The position numbers were made by a program, and so were the translations under genes. Under the pieces are notes generated by a model that did not search any database, was not told the origin of the DNA, and saw only the letters and a program-made list of their open reading frames with translations. From the NCBI GenBank assembly GCA_049513715.1, contig JBEKVV010000003.1:64001-128000 (forward strand): a stretch of 64,000 nucleotides of DNA. Direction: 5' to 3'. Every line of letters starts with the position of its first letter. Within the stretch, counting starts at the first letter, position 1. The stretch is from Candidatus Bathyarchaeia archaeon. GTDB taxonomy: Archaea > Thermoproteota > Bathyarchaeia > 40CM-2-53-6. This document shows, one piece after another, positions 36,207 to 45,945 of this stretch.

Positions 36207-37206
36207 CCTCCTCGGAATCGCAGGCATACTACTCATTTTCGCTGTTACGTTCATCGTCACTTTCATTGCAACACCAATCATAGCGCACGAGATGAGGAAA
36301 CGCGGGATCACTGGAAAGGATGTTCACAAACCAACCAAAGACCCCGTCCCAGAGATGTGCGGGCTAGCAATTCTATTGGGGTTGACTGTCGGAGCTGCTG
36401 GTTACGTAGTTTTGTTCCCAAGCGCAGCATCAGAGGTTGTGGCGTTTGTTGGCACGTTCCTTATTGCTGGCGCAATCGGAATCCGCGATGACTTGCGGCC
36501 CCTCGGCGCAAGAGCCAAGCCACTTCTAATCGCTGTTGCGTGCCTGCCCATTCTGATTCTTAAAACCTACAAACCCCTAGCTGAGGTGCCTCTAGTGGGC
36601 ACCATCAGGCTCACATTGATCTATCCATTCCTCGTACCCGTAGCTCTCGCAGTCACCGCAAACTCCGTGAACATGATGGACGTCATGAACGGCTCGATGC
36701 CGGGAACGGTCGGGATAATCTCCGCGGCAGCTGTCGTAATCCTCCTACTCTCCGGCCAAACCCAAATCGCGGCACTTGCCGCAGGATTACTCGGTGCAAT
36801 GTTGGCTTTCTATTACTTCAACAGATTCCCGGCCAAGGTTTTCGACGGCGACACTGGCAGCCTCGCCGTGGGCGCTGCAATAGGCGCGATAGCTATTCTA
36901 GGGAGCATTGAGGCCGCCATGATAGTAGCACTGATTCCACACATCATGAATGCATTCTCTGGGCTCGCATCCGTTGGTGGCCTCTACGAGAGACGGCAGA
37001 TACGACAAAGGCCAACAAGACTGCGTGACGATGGAAAGCTGGAAGCGAGCGTTGAGAAGGCGGCCCCGGTCACGTTGACGCGGATGATACTCGCCGCTGG
37101 ACCGTTGGGTGAGCAGGATATTGTTCGAGGCATGATGGTACTTACTCTCATTTCGTCAATCCTCGCAATCTTCACGTATTGGGTTACTGTGGTGGGCAGA
37201 GTTTGA
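36199..37206 (+). CDS. aglH: UDP-GlcNAc:dolichyl-phosphate GlcNAc-1-phosphotransferase (AglH/ALG7-like, GT4/MraY family)
   Basis: GKDVHK..VPEMCG, IRDD, NSVNMMD, KVFDGDTG. Confidence 0.85.
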   Translation: MLDLLGIAGILLIFAVTFIVTFIATPIIAHEMRKRGITGKDVHKPTKDPVPEMCGLAILLGLTVGAAGYVVLFPSAASEVVAFVGTFLIAGAIGIRDDLRPLGARAKPLLIAVACLPILILKTYKPLAEVPLVGTIRLTLIYPFLVPVALAVTANSVNMMDVMNGSMPGTVGIISAAAVVILLLSGQTQIAALAAGLLGAMLAFYYFNRFPAKVFDGDTGSLAVGAAIGAIAILGSIEAAMIVALIPHIMNAFSGLASVGGLYERRQIRQRPTRLRDDGKLEASVEKAAPVTLTRMILAAGPLGEQDIVRGMMVLTLISSILAIFTYWVTVVGRV

Positions 37207-37454
37207 GGCGACTATTGGGACTCGCTACGTTCGAAATCTTCGTGTGGTCACTCCTTCTGCTTTGCACTCTCCTGATTTCACACGTGGCCTTCGGAATCAA
37301 CCTCGGAGCCGAGACCTTTCTCGAGAGGTTGCTCACGCAGGCCGCTCGACTTGTAGTGTCCGGGATAGTTATTCTCGGTTGGCTTCTTGTGTGGAAGAAG
37401 GCTACCGATCTCTATTTTTGGCGAACCGCCTCACGCAAGAAGGTTACCGTTTGA
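37203..37454 (+). CDS. Small 2-TM membrane protein
   Basis: TTG start overlapping aglH stop; two hydrophobic helices. Confidence 0.65.
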   Translation: MRRLLGLATFEIFVWSLLLLCTLLISHVAFGINLGAETFLERLLTQAARLVVSGIVILGWLLVWKKATDLYFWRTASRKKVTV

Positions 37455-38511
37455 AAATTCTCTGAAACATTACGCGTAGTGGATCCTCCATGCTACTAAC
37501 GAGCCTAGCTGATTTCTTTTTGTAGAACTCTCGGAAGTCATGGCTCTTTGAGATAGAAACCGTTCTCTGCGCGATCCGGGTAGGATCCAACACTCTTTCC
37601 ACTAAGCCGTAGTTAATGAGGAACCTTTCCACGAAGGTTGGTTCGCCTGGGTAATAGGATATGGCGGGCACGCCGAGTAATGCAGCCTCTGCGGTCATCG
37701 TTCCACCGCCACCAACCACCACCGACGAAAACTGCATCAGAGAAATCGCGTCGATCACGTGCTCAGGGACAATAATCTTGTTACCAAACCGTTTCCTAAA
37801 CCGTTCGCCCTGCGTGGTGTATCTTGGTAGAACTACTACCTGCCCGGTGCCGTCGTTCAAATCCAATACTTTCGCGATAATGTCTACCGCTTTGCCCGAC
37901 GCTGCTGAGGAGTAGTCATACAGGTATGCAGCATATTCTTCAGGTGTTCTAACCACGATTATTGGCTTCGAAAGGTCCAATTTCAATCCATCAATAACCT
38001 TCGGGTTGGCCTTGAAACCGGTCAGCCAAACGGCGGGGTCCAATGCGCGGTAACGTACTATGTCCCTTGGGTTCATTCCGTATCGTTTCCAAGCATAGAG
38101 CGGAATAACCCAAGGTGTGAATAATTTCTCCGACAACGGTAGTGTAAGCCTTGAAACGGCTTCAGCATGTGGCGAATCACTGACACAGTAGTGGGGTATC
38201 TTGAGGCCGAATGCGGTTCTAGCCGCCTCGGGGGACGCGAATGAAATTGCTACGTCTGGCTTTTGCTGCTCGATGACCTCAGCCAAGTTCCAGATGCGCT
38301 TGGCGCTTTCCACTAGCTTGTCTTTGAGCTTCACTCCGCCATGGTGTCCAACCTCAATGGCTTTGAGGCCTTTGAGTTCCAGTAGTTCGTTGACTTCACG
38401 GTACTCACGTGTTGTTAGGACCGTCTTGTGGCCCTTAGCATTCAGCCTGTGGTGCAGTTCACCGAAGAAGTTCGCCTGTTTCGGCGTGAGTATGTCGATC
38501 CAGACTTTCAT
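37444..38511 (-). CDS. DUF354 family GT-B-like protein
   Basis: MKVWIDILTPKQ, GGGTMTAEAALLGVP. Confidence 0.9.
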   Translation of the reverse strand: MKVWIDILTPKQANFFGELHHRLNAKGHKTVLTTREYREVNELLELKGLKAIEVGHHGGVKLKDKLVESAKRIWNLAEVIEQQKPDVAISFASPEAARTAFGLKIPHYCVSDSPHAEAVSRLTLPLSEKLFTPWVIPLYAWKRYGMNPRDIVRYRALDPAVWLTGFKANPKVIDGLKLDLSKPIIVVRTPEEYAAYLYDYSSAASGKAVDIIAKVLDLNDGTGQVVVLPRYTTQGERFRKRFGNKIIVPEHVIDAISLMQFSSVVVGGGGTMTAEAALLGVPAISYYPGEPTFVERFLINYGLVERVLDPTRIAQRTVSISKSHDFREFYKKKSARLVSSMEDPLRVMFQRIFKR

Positions 38512-39344
38512 TTGGGAGTCAACTCCGCCGCCGCGATTCGCTTAGCGTTTCCCCACCGGAGGTCGAAGGATTCCCGGAAGATCCTTATCAGCCCAGGGTT
38601 CTTTGTGTGGTGGGGCGTGTAGACGATTGGGTTCCAATGCCGCTCAGCCTCTTCAGCCGCCCAAATCACAAAAGCCAGGTCCTTGTTGTCGACGAGCGTA
38701 CCGCGGACTGGATGCCACGGTTCTCTCGTGTCCCGAATCTGAGCACCGAGGCCGCTCAATTCGCTTAGGTGCTTCCCCACCTGATTATTGGGAATTTGCA
38801 TTAGAATTCTAACCTTCACACCTCTTCCCAGAGCAGTTCGGAGCGGTGATTTCACTTTTGGAAGCCACGAGAACAGGGCAGTGGAAACGAGTATTTCATC
38901 GGATGCGCCGAGAACGTAACCACTAGTTCTCTTCTCCATAATCCGCAAATCCTCCAATGGCTCCAGCAGTTCCTCCGCTTTCACTTGCAGATGGCTCTCC
39001 ACGTACATCGGCTCCACTTCCTTCTGCAGCCGTTTCATCGTGTCTTCAACAGAGAGAAGGTTCGTCTCAAAGTTCTCGCGAAGATGTGTCAAGTATTCCC
39101 GCTTTGCCTGTTCAGGGGCGATTGCGTGAAATCTTTTCGGTCGACTCTGCACGATTCTCGCGAACCCTTTCTGCATGAGCTGTTCGAGTGTTCCGTAGAC
39201 TCTAGTAATTGGGATAGAGGTCGTTTTCGAAATCTCCTCAGCCGTCAATTCCTTTCTGGACAATAGCGCTAGATATGCCTCTGACTCGTACGCTGTGAGG
39301 CCTGCGCTGCGCAGGGACTCCATCAATCGGCTTAAAGAACGCAT
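38508..39344 (-). CDS. TrmB-family transcriptional regulator (paralog of 32368..33195)
   Basis: GLTAYESEAYLALL..IPITRVYGTLEQL..KG; shared C-terminal motifs. Confidence 0.92.
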   Translation of the reverse strand: MRSLSRLMESLRSAGLTAYESEAYLALLSRKELTAEEISKTTSIPITRVYGTLEQLMQKGFARIVQSRPKRFHAIAPEQAKREYLTHLRENFETNLLSVEDTMKRLQKEVEPMYVESHLQVKAEELLEPLEDLRIMEKRTSGYVLGASDEILVSTALFSWLPKVKSPLRTALGRGVKVRILMQIPNNQVGKHLSELSGLGAQIRDTREPWHPVRGTLVDNKDLAFVIWAAEEAERHWNPIVYTPHHTKNPGLIRIFRESFDLRWGNAKRIAAAELTPK

Positions 39345-39411
39345 AATTCACCTATGTAGAGTTAAAAACAGTTAAATATTTCGCAGGGCCGCACTAACAA
39401 AGGTACGGATT

Positions 39412-40800
39412 TTGTCTTCGCAGCCTCCACTGTCATTGGAACCCGGCGAAATTGCGGTAAGAATTCGAGACGGCGCTTTAACAATAGGCGTTGTTGGGTT
39501 GGGCTGGATGGGCCTACCAACCGCATGTCTTTACGCCGATGCAGGGGCCCGCGTAATCGGAGTGGACATGAACCCGAAGGTCGTTGAACGAGTAAGCAAA
39601 GGAGACCCTCCTTTGGAAGAACCTGGCCTTGAAGTCATGTTGAAGAGGTCGATAAAATCAGGCAAGTTGACTGCAACGACTTCAACTGAAGAGGCGACTG
39701 CCAATTCCGATATTATTTTCATTGTTGTCCCTACGATGATTGACCGGCAGAAGCGGGCAGATTACTCCGCAGTCGAGGACGCTTGCACGGGCATAGGGAA
39801 AGGCATCAGAAATGGCAGCCTAGTCATCTTCGAAAGCACCTGTGGTCCAGGGGTTACTGAACGTGTGGTCAAGGGAACGATCGAGAAGTATTCTGGCTTA
39901 GTGGCTGGCCAAGGTTTCGGAATCGCCTACAGCCCCATCCGCGCAATGGGCGGACGCGCACTCCAAGACATGCAGAGCTACGGCAAAATCGTGGGCGCAA
40001 CAGATAAGAAAAGCCTCGAAGCGGCCTGTGCCGCACTTTCCGTAGTCGTAAAGGGCGAGCTGATCCGTGTCCGCGACATAAGAACGGCTGAGTTGTCAAA
40101 ACTCTTTGAGACAATCTACCGGGACGTGAACATTGCTCTCGCCAACGAGTTCGCCCTACTGTGCGAAGAAATTGGGGTTGATTATACGGAGGCGATGACA
40201 GCGGCAAACAGTCAACCATACTCCCACCTTCACCAAACGGGTGTAGGCGTGGGCGGCCATTGCCTCCCAGTATACCCATACTTACTCGCAACGGAGGCCT
40301 ACGCGCTCGACACAAAACTGAGATTGGTTCTCGACGCGCGCAAGATAAACGACTTCATGCCGCGCCACGTAGCAAAGCTCGCTTCAGACGGACTAAGGAT
40401 ATGTGGCAAGTCACTGAAGCGCGCGAAAGTAGTAGTGCTTGGAATTAGCTATAGACCCAACGTGAAAGAGCTCCGCTACTCTCCGTCCTTGGAATTGATT
40501 TCCATTTTGAAGAAACGCGGATCCAAAGTGACCACCTACGATCCACTCTACAGCGCATCCGAAATGGAATCGTTAGGACTAACGTCCGACGCTTCACTAC
40601 GCAGGGCCGTCGAGAAAGCGGACTGCGTAGTTTTGAGCGTGGGGCATGATGACTTCAAGAAAATGGACACCATCGAGCTGGCAGCACACATGTCCAAGCA
40701 AGGGCTAATCATTGACTGCACCGGCATCCTCGACCCAGCCAGCGTTGAAAAGAGCGGCCTAGTTTACCGAGGCACAGGGCGGGGATTGTGGACCCGGTGA
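39412..40800 (+). CDS. Nucleotide-sugar dehydrogenase (UDP-ManNAc/GlcNAc 6-dehydrogenase, WecC/WbpA-like)
   Basis: GLGWMGLP, RDVNIALANE, GVGGHCLP. Confidence 0.93.
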   Translation: MSSQPPLSLEPGEIAVRIRDGALTIGVVGLGWMGLPTACLYADAGARVIGVDMNPKVVERVSKGDPPLEEPGLEVMLKRSIKSGKLTATTSTEEATANSDIIFIVVPTMIDRQKRADYSAVEDACTGIGKGIRNGSLVIFESTCGPGVTERVVKGTIEKYSGLVAGQGFGIAYSPIRAMGGRALQDMQSYGKIVGATDKKSLEAACAALSVVVKGELIRVRDIRTAELSKLFETIYRDVNIALANEFALLCEEIGVDYTEAMTAANSQPYSHLHQTGVGVGGHCLPVYPYLLATEAYALDTKLRLVLDARKINDFMPRHVAKLASDGLRICGKSLKRAKVVVLGISYRPNVKELRYSPSLELISILKKRGSKVTTYDPLYSASEMESLGLTSDASLRRAVEKADCVVLSVGHDDFKKMDTIELAAHMSKQGLIIDCTGILDPASVEKSGLVYRGTGRGLWTR

Positions 40801-41753
40801 GAAAACTCCGCGTGGCAGTCATAGGAACCGGTTTCTGGGGAAAAAATCAAACAAGAGTGCTTTCTCAACTCGCCTGCACTGAGTTAGCGTGCGTGTGCGA
40901 CGCGAACGAGGCCGCTGCTAAGGCCATCGGGGCACAATTTGACGTACCCTACACGGGCAACGTCGATGAGCTCCTCTCCAAGAAGGATGTGGAAGCTGTG
41001 ACGGTTTGCACTCCGACCACTACCCACAGGGAAGTTGCGACACAGGCATTGAAGGCTGGAAAGCATGTGCTCGTGGAGAAACCGATGACAAACACGGGCT
41101 CCGAAGCCCGAGAACTGCTCTCCCTCGCCGAACAGCAGGGCCTCCGAATAATGCCGGGCCACATTGAACGCTTCAATCCTGCAGTTAGCCATCTGAAGCA
41201 TCTCGTGGATAACGGCGAGTTGGGAAGCGTCATGCTCCTACTCGCCAGGCGTGTGGGCAGATGGCCTGAGCGTATTGGGGACGTGGGCGTCGTGAAGGAC
41301 TCGGCGATTCATGACATCGACCTGGCGAGGTACATCTTCAAGGACGATGTGAACACCGTCTACGCCCGCACGGGCAGCATGAGGCATACGAAGGAAGACT
41401 ATGCGGAGATAATGCTCCAATTCAAGAACGGAGGAACAGCCTTCATCGACGCCAACTGGTTGACGCCGCGTAAAACTCGTACGTTGGTTGTGACGGGAAG
41501 CGAGGCCACCGTCGAGCTCGACTACATCACTCAGGAAATAGCGGTCGAAGATTCCGAGAAAACCGTTAAACCAAACATCGAAAAGAAAGAACCGCTCACA
41601 CTCGAACTAACACACTTCGCAGAATCAATACTCAACGACCAACCATTCGCGGTAAATGGGCTGGATGGCCTAAGAGCTGTGGAGATCTGCGAAAGCGTTC
41701 TGCAATCAGGCGCCGCAGGACGACCCCTGACGCTCTCACAATCGCCCAGTTGA
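40788..41753 (+). CDS. Gfo/Idh/MocA oxidoreductase (UDP-GlcNAc(A) 3-dehydrogenase-like)
   Basis: GTGFWG, VEKP, GHIERFNP, IHDID. Confidence 0.92.
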   Translation: MDPVRKLRVAVIGTGFWGKNQTRVLSQLACTELACVCDANEAAAKAIGAQFDVPYTGNVDELLSKKDVEAVTVCTPTTTHREVATQALKAGKHVLVEKPMTNTGSEARELLSLAEQQGLRIMPGHIERFNPAVSHLKHLVDNGELGSVMLLLARRVGRWPERIGDVGVVKDSAIHDIDLARYIFKDDVNTVYARTGSMRHTKEDYAEIMLQFKNGGTAFIDANWLTPRKTRTLVVTGSEATVELDYITQEIAVEDSEKTVKPNIEKKEPLTLELTHFAESILNDQPFAVNGLDGLRAVEICESVLQSGAAGRPLTLSQSPS

Positions 41754-42107
41754 CAATCTGACTCGGTTGAAAACACGAATAAAACCCAAGGCAAACTCAT
41801 CAGCGCGCTTCTCCACTTGCCCCCGAGTAACGCCCGAGGCTCTCAAATGGTGATAGAATTCGTGAAGAATGATGAAAGGCTCCGTAATGAAATCACTTTT
41901 TGATAGGTAGATCCGTTTCTCTCTTTCTACATAACAAGCAAGCACTCTCCTATGCCTCTTCACAGTTCCCACTCGCAGGTCAGGTTGATCGACTCCGTAG
42001 TGTTCGGAGAGTAACTGGAGTGCCGCCTCAGCGCGCCCATTAACAATGGTGGCCACTATTTTGGCTCGGAATTCTCGCTCTGCCTGCCCCGCGTCTTTCA
42101 TGGTCAT
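41736..42107 (-). CDS. Small zincin-like HExxH protein
   Basis: ILHEFYHH...EKRADEFA. Confidence 0.75.
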   Translation of the reverse strand: MTMKDAGQAEREFRAKIVATIVNGRAEAALQLLSEHYGVDQPDLRVGTVKRHRRVLACYVEREKRIYLSKSDFITEPFIILHEFYHHLRASGVTRGQVEKRADEFALGFIRVFNRVRLSTGRL

Positions 42108-42167
42108 GACTCTCGAAAGTGGTATATTTGAGTAAGCGCCTCGTCATGCTCATTGGACGGCTTCGCG

Positions 42168-42446
42168 TTGAAGAGAAAACTAATGGACATATTGGCCTGC
42201 CCTATTGACAAATTCTTCCCGCTCGAATTGCTTGTGTTCGAAGAAAAAGAAGAAATCAATTCAGGGCTGATCACTTGTCCGAAGTGCAATCGCTGGTACC
42301 CAATCATCGACGAGATTCCACACATGCTGCCAGATGATTTGAGAGAACAACCAGAAGACCTATCCTTCCTCCAAAAGTGGAAGGACAAGATTCCCGAAAA
42401 GACCAAGCAAGAAGGAAAGCCCTTCAACCTCAAGCCTGGGGCCTGA
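42168..42446 (+). CDS. Trm112-family protein
   Basis: MDILACPIDK, CPKCNRWYPIIDEIP. Confidence 0.92.
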   Translation: MKRKLMDILACPIDKFFPLELLVFEEKEEINSGLITCPKCNRWYPIIDEIPHMLPDDLREQPEDLSFLQKWKDKIPEKTKQEGKPFNLKPGA

Positions 42447-42464
42447 GCCCACAGGTGAACGAGA

Positions 42465-42845
42465 ACGCCCGCACAATTTGTCACATCACCAAACGCACCA
42501 CAACCTAAAGGACCATACTCGCAAGGGGTAGTAGCAGAGGGCTTCCTGTTCATTTCAGCCCAAGGCCCATTTGACCCAAAGACCGGAAAAATCTCCGGAA
42601 CCAGTATTGAATCACAAACCCATCAAACCCTGGAGAACGTGAAGGCCATTCTGGAGGCTGCAGGCCTCACTATGCATAACATTGTGAAAGTCTCACTCTT
42701 TTTGAAGAACTCAAGCGACTTCCCGAAAATGAATGAAATCTATAAGACATATTTCCCTGAGCGCCCCCCAGCTAGAACCACGCTTGAAGCTGGGATGCCG
42801 ATTCCAGACGTGCTCGTATCCATGGATGCCATTGCCCACGCATGA
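42465..42845 (+). CDS. ridA: RidA/YjgF family enamine deaminase, apparent ACG start
   Basis: APQPKGPYSQ, PART; frame opens after TGA at 42456; only candidate start is ACG 6 nt after GGTGA. Confidence 0.85.
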   Translation, partial: TPAQFVTSPNAPQPKGPYSQGVVAEGFLFISAQGPFDPKTGKISGTSIESQTHQTLENVKAILEAAGLTMHNIVKVSLFLKNSSDFPKMNEIYKTYFPERPPARTTLEAGMPIPDVLVSMDAIAHA

Positions 42846-42886
42846 GGGTGCAGTTTTTCAAGTATTGTAACAGTTCAGTGAATTGA

Positions 42887-43870
42887 TCAGAGTTGGACGG
42901 CCCTTCCAACTCCCTTCTTAATTGCGAGGTCATAGACCTTTCTTGCTGTCGAAATGTCCTGAATGGCGAGGCCTTGAGATTTGAAGACAGTAATCTCTGA
43001 ATCATTTTCACGCCCAGCTTTCTTTCCAGTCACGATCTCACCGAGCTCTGCGTAGATGTGATCCTGCGAAAGCAGACCCTGTGCGATTGGAATGATTAGG
43101 TCGCCTGCTTCTTTGAGGGCCGCCTCCCTCGAATCAACGACTAATTTGGCTCGTTTCAAAACGGCCGCGTCAAGTTCCCTTGCATCAGGAGTGTGGGAGC
43201 CAATCGCATTTACATGCGACCCGGCTTCCAGCCATTCCCCTTCCACCACAGGCGTCTTTGAGGTGCTCGCTGTCATCACAATATCAGACCCGCTAACCGC
43301 CTCTCTTCCACTCTCGACTTGCACAACTTGAACACCAAGCTCCTTCGCGACTTCGTTGCAGAACAATTTGCATTTGTCTGGGAGAACGTCGTAGGCCTTC
43401 ACTTTCTTTATCGGCCTTACTTCGCAAACAGCCGCCACTTGCTTCTTCCCCTGCACCCCAGCTCCGATTATTCCGATTTCGTTAGCGTCCTTTCTTGCGA
43501 GATATTTCGTCGCCACACCGCTTGCTGCGCCTGTGCGAACGGCAGTGAGAAACGCGCCGTCCATAACCGCGAGCAATTCCCCGCTCTTCGGGTCAGTCAA
43601 GAGAACAACACCCAGTATCGTTGGCAGACCTAGCTTCACTGGATTATCCAAATAGACAGACACGACTTTGATCCCGAGGGCATTCATTTCTTCCAAGTAT
43701 GCGGGCATGAAAAGAACCGCCCCCTTCTGTTTGGGGACTTTGATGGTTGGCCTGAGTGGCATGTTGACGGTTCCGTTTCCGTATTCTCCGAACGCCTTCT
43801 CGACGGCCTCGATTGCGTCCCGCATCGTGAGAACAGATTCAACGTCGTTTCTGCTAAGAAATAGAACCAT
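42887..43870 (-). CDS. Ornithine cyclodeaminase/mu-crystallin family (archaeal alanine dehydrogenase-like)
   Basis: TAVRTGAASG, IGAGVQG, FKSQGLAIQD. Confidence 0.93.
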   Translation of the reverse strand: MVLFLSRNDVESVLTMRDAIEAVEKAFGEYGNGTVNMPLRPTIKVPKQKGAVLFMPAYLEEMNALGIKVVSVYLDNPVKLGLPTILGVVLLTDPKSGELLAVMDGAFLTAVRTGAASGVATKYLARKDANEIGIIGAGVQGKKQVAAVCEVRPIKKVKAYDVLPDKCKLFCNEVAKELGVQVVQVESGREAVSGSDIVMTASTSKTPVVEGEWLEAGSHVNAIGSHTPDARELDAAVLKRAKLVVDSREAALKEAGDLIIPIAQGLLSQDHIYAELGEIVTGKKAGRENDSEITVFKSQGLAIQDISTARKVYDLAIKKGVGRAVQL

Positions 43871-44213
43871 CTCGTTTCACTCGACACGCGCAGTTCAGTG
43901 ATTTCCGTATTGAGCCTTTCGGGGCCTAAACTTGGTCTTCCTCGAGTGGGCTGAGAAGTGAGGTTGCAAATTCTATGTGTTTGCAGCCTTCTCCGATTCG
44001 GTGTCAGCTATCATAGACCGGATGTCTTCTTGGGCGCTGTAAAGTTGACGGTTGATAGCGGTCAATTGGCCGACTGTCAAAAGTCAGTTGATGGAAAACC
44101 GCTCATACGATGACACCTGATAGCAGCTTTCACGGCAACCTGGAACAATGATTCACCTGTTTATGCGATTCTAGTTGGTCTAAGCACTTTATACCGACCA
44201 GCACAATGAGGCT

Positions 44214-44486
44214 GTGATTGTGATGACGACAGGTTTTGATGAGTTCCACAACAGAATCCACGACTTGGCTGAACGGGAAAACGAGTGTGACGGCCTGTTC
44301 GAAGAAATTAAGAATGGCAACGGCGAAAACTCACTGCGCTATCTTGCACTGAGAGATGCTTGCAAAGAGTTGAGAAAAGGAATTTTCAGAAGCGCCATGT
44401 CGGCAGGATTAACGCGGGAAAGCATCAACATAGAGATCAAACAAGTAAGAAGCGAGACGATCGCTACTAACGCGAAGCAGACGTAG
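44214..44486 (+). CDS. Hypothetical helical protein
   Basis: ORF preceded by TTTATA box about 25 nt upstream. Confidence 0.55.
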   Translation: MIVMTTGFDEFHNRIHDLAERENECDGLFEEIKNGNGENSLRYLALRDACKELRKGIFRSAMSAGLTRESINIEIKQVRSETIATNAKQT

Positions 44487-44676
44487 GAAGAATCAGCAGA
44501 ATCAACCGATTTCTTACAACAGGAACCAGTATGTCAGTCAACCGACAACTTGACCGACCCGCTTCTTGAAATCCTTGTTGGTTCCTTGCGGATCCTTACA
44601 GTTACGGATTCCCCCTCATCTCTCCTCATAATGGCTTAATTCCAGTCGGCCGCTAAACAAGCTGGGCCCAATTGGC

Positions 44677-45945
44677 TTGACAAAGGTCACCGTCATCGAC
44701 TGCCAGACAGCAGGCATCTCAGGTGACATGCTGCTCGGGGCCCTAATTGACGCAGGAGCCAACCACAAACCAATCCAGGAAACCTGGCAACTCATCCCCA
44801 AATATTACCCGAAATGCAAGTCAATTCAGCTGGAGACCACTGAAGTCCTGAAGCACGGGTTCAGGGCCCGAAGAGCTGTGTCCAAGATTTCGGAAGATTC
44901 AAGTGAAGTTCATGCGGAATCCATGATTGAGGCAACAGAGAAGATAGCGACGTCATCGCAGATGAGTGCAGAGGCGGTGGCTTTCGCCAGGAACTCCGTG
45001 AAAACACTCGTTGAGGTTGAAAGCGGGCTTCACGGAGTAAGCATGAAACAGACTCATCTACATGAGGTGGGCTCAACGGACACGTTAGCAGATATTCTGG
45101 GCGTTGCGTCAGCATGCGACAGCCTAGGCATATTCGACGGGGAAATTTACTCCACTCCTGTTGCTGTTGGCGGAGGCACAGTCAACTTCTCACATGGGAA
45201 ATTGGCCGTTCCGGCACCAGCCGTTCTGGAGATACTCACGCGGAACAGGGTACCCGTAATTGGTGGACCCGAGCCCACAGAACTCGCCACCCCCACCGGC
45301 GTGTCGATGCTCGTCAACCTAGTCGACGCTTTCCTCGAACAGTACCCCCCAATCGTCCCAGAAAGAACAGGATACGGCGCAGGAAACCTAGACCTGCCAA
45401 CCGCACCGAACATCCTCCGAGTTGTCATTGGCCAAAGCCTCGAACCCAACCTCAACAGAGACAGCGCTCAAGTCCTCGAAACCAACTTGGACGACCTACC
45501 AGGCGAAATGCTGGGCCACGCCATCCAACGCATTCTCGATTCGGGCGCGAAAGATGTGTGGGTAACCTCAGCGCAATTCAAAAAGAACCGCCCCGGCCAC
45601 ATCCTACACGCAATATGCGACCCACAAGATACGGAAAGAATCGCAGAACTAATCATTGAAGAAACAGGCACATTGGGCGTGAGGTATCAAGAATACACAC
45701 GTTTCACACTAAACAGGGAGATTCGAACTATCAAGGTGAGAATACACGAGAAGACGTTTGACGTGAGAATCAAAACAGCCACCACCGCTTCAGGGAGAGT
45801 GATCAAAACCAAACCCGAATTCGACGACATCCACACAATAGCTGAGACACTGGCAATACCAGCGCGCACAGTGGCTGAGCTGGTTACCCAAGAAGCACAG
45901 AAACAAATCGAAAGAAAAACAGGGGAAACTAGGCCTCTCGCCTAG
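44677..45945 (+). CDS. larC: Nickel-pincer cofactor biosynthesis protein LarC
   Basis: GISGDMLLGAL, HLHEVG..D, ETNLDD, KKNRPG, ETGTLGVR, KPEFDD. Confidence 0.96.
   Translation: MTKVTVIDCQTAGISGDMLLGALIDAGANHKPIQETWQLIPKYYPKCKSIQLETTEVLKHGFRARRAVSKISEDSSEVHAESMIEATEKIATSSQMSAEAVAFARNSVKTLVEVESGLHGVSMKQTHLHEVGSTDTLADILGVASACDSLGIFDGEIYSTPVAVGGGTVNFSHGKLAVPAPAVLEILTRNRVPVIGGPEPTELATPTGVSMLVNLVDAFLEQYPPIVPERTGYGAGNLDLPTAPNILRVVIGQSLEPNLNRDSAQVLETNLDDLPGEMLGHAIQRILDSGAKDVWVTSAQFKKNRPGHILHAICDPQDTERIAELIIEETGTLGVRYQEYTRFTLNREIRTIKVRIHEKTFDVRIKTATTASGRVIKTKPEFDDIHTIAETLAIPARTVAELVTQEAQKQIERKTGETRPLA

Noticed and set aside
44677..45945. Programmed frameshift in larC
   Set aside because: Both LarC halves are in one continuous frame here
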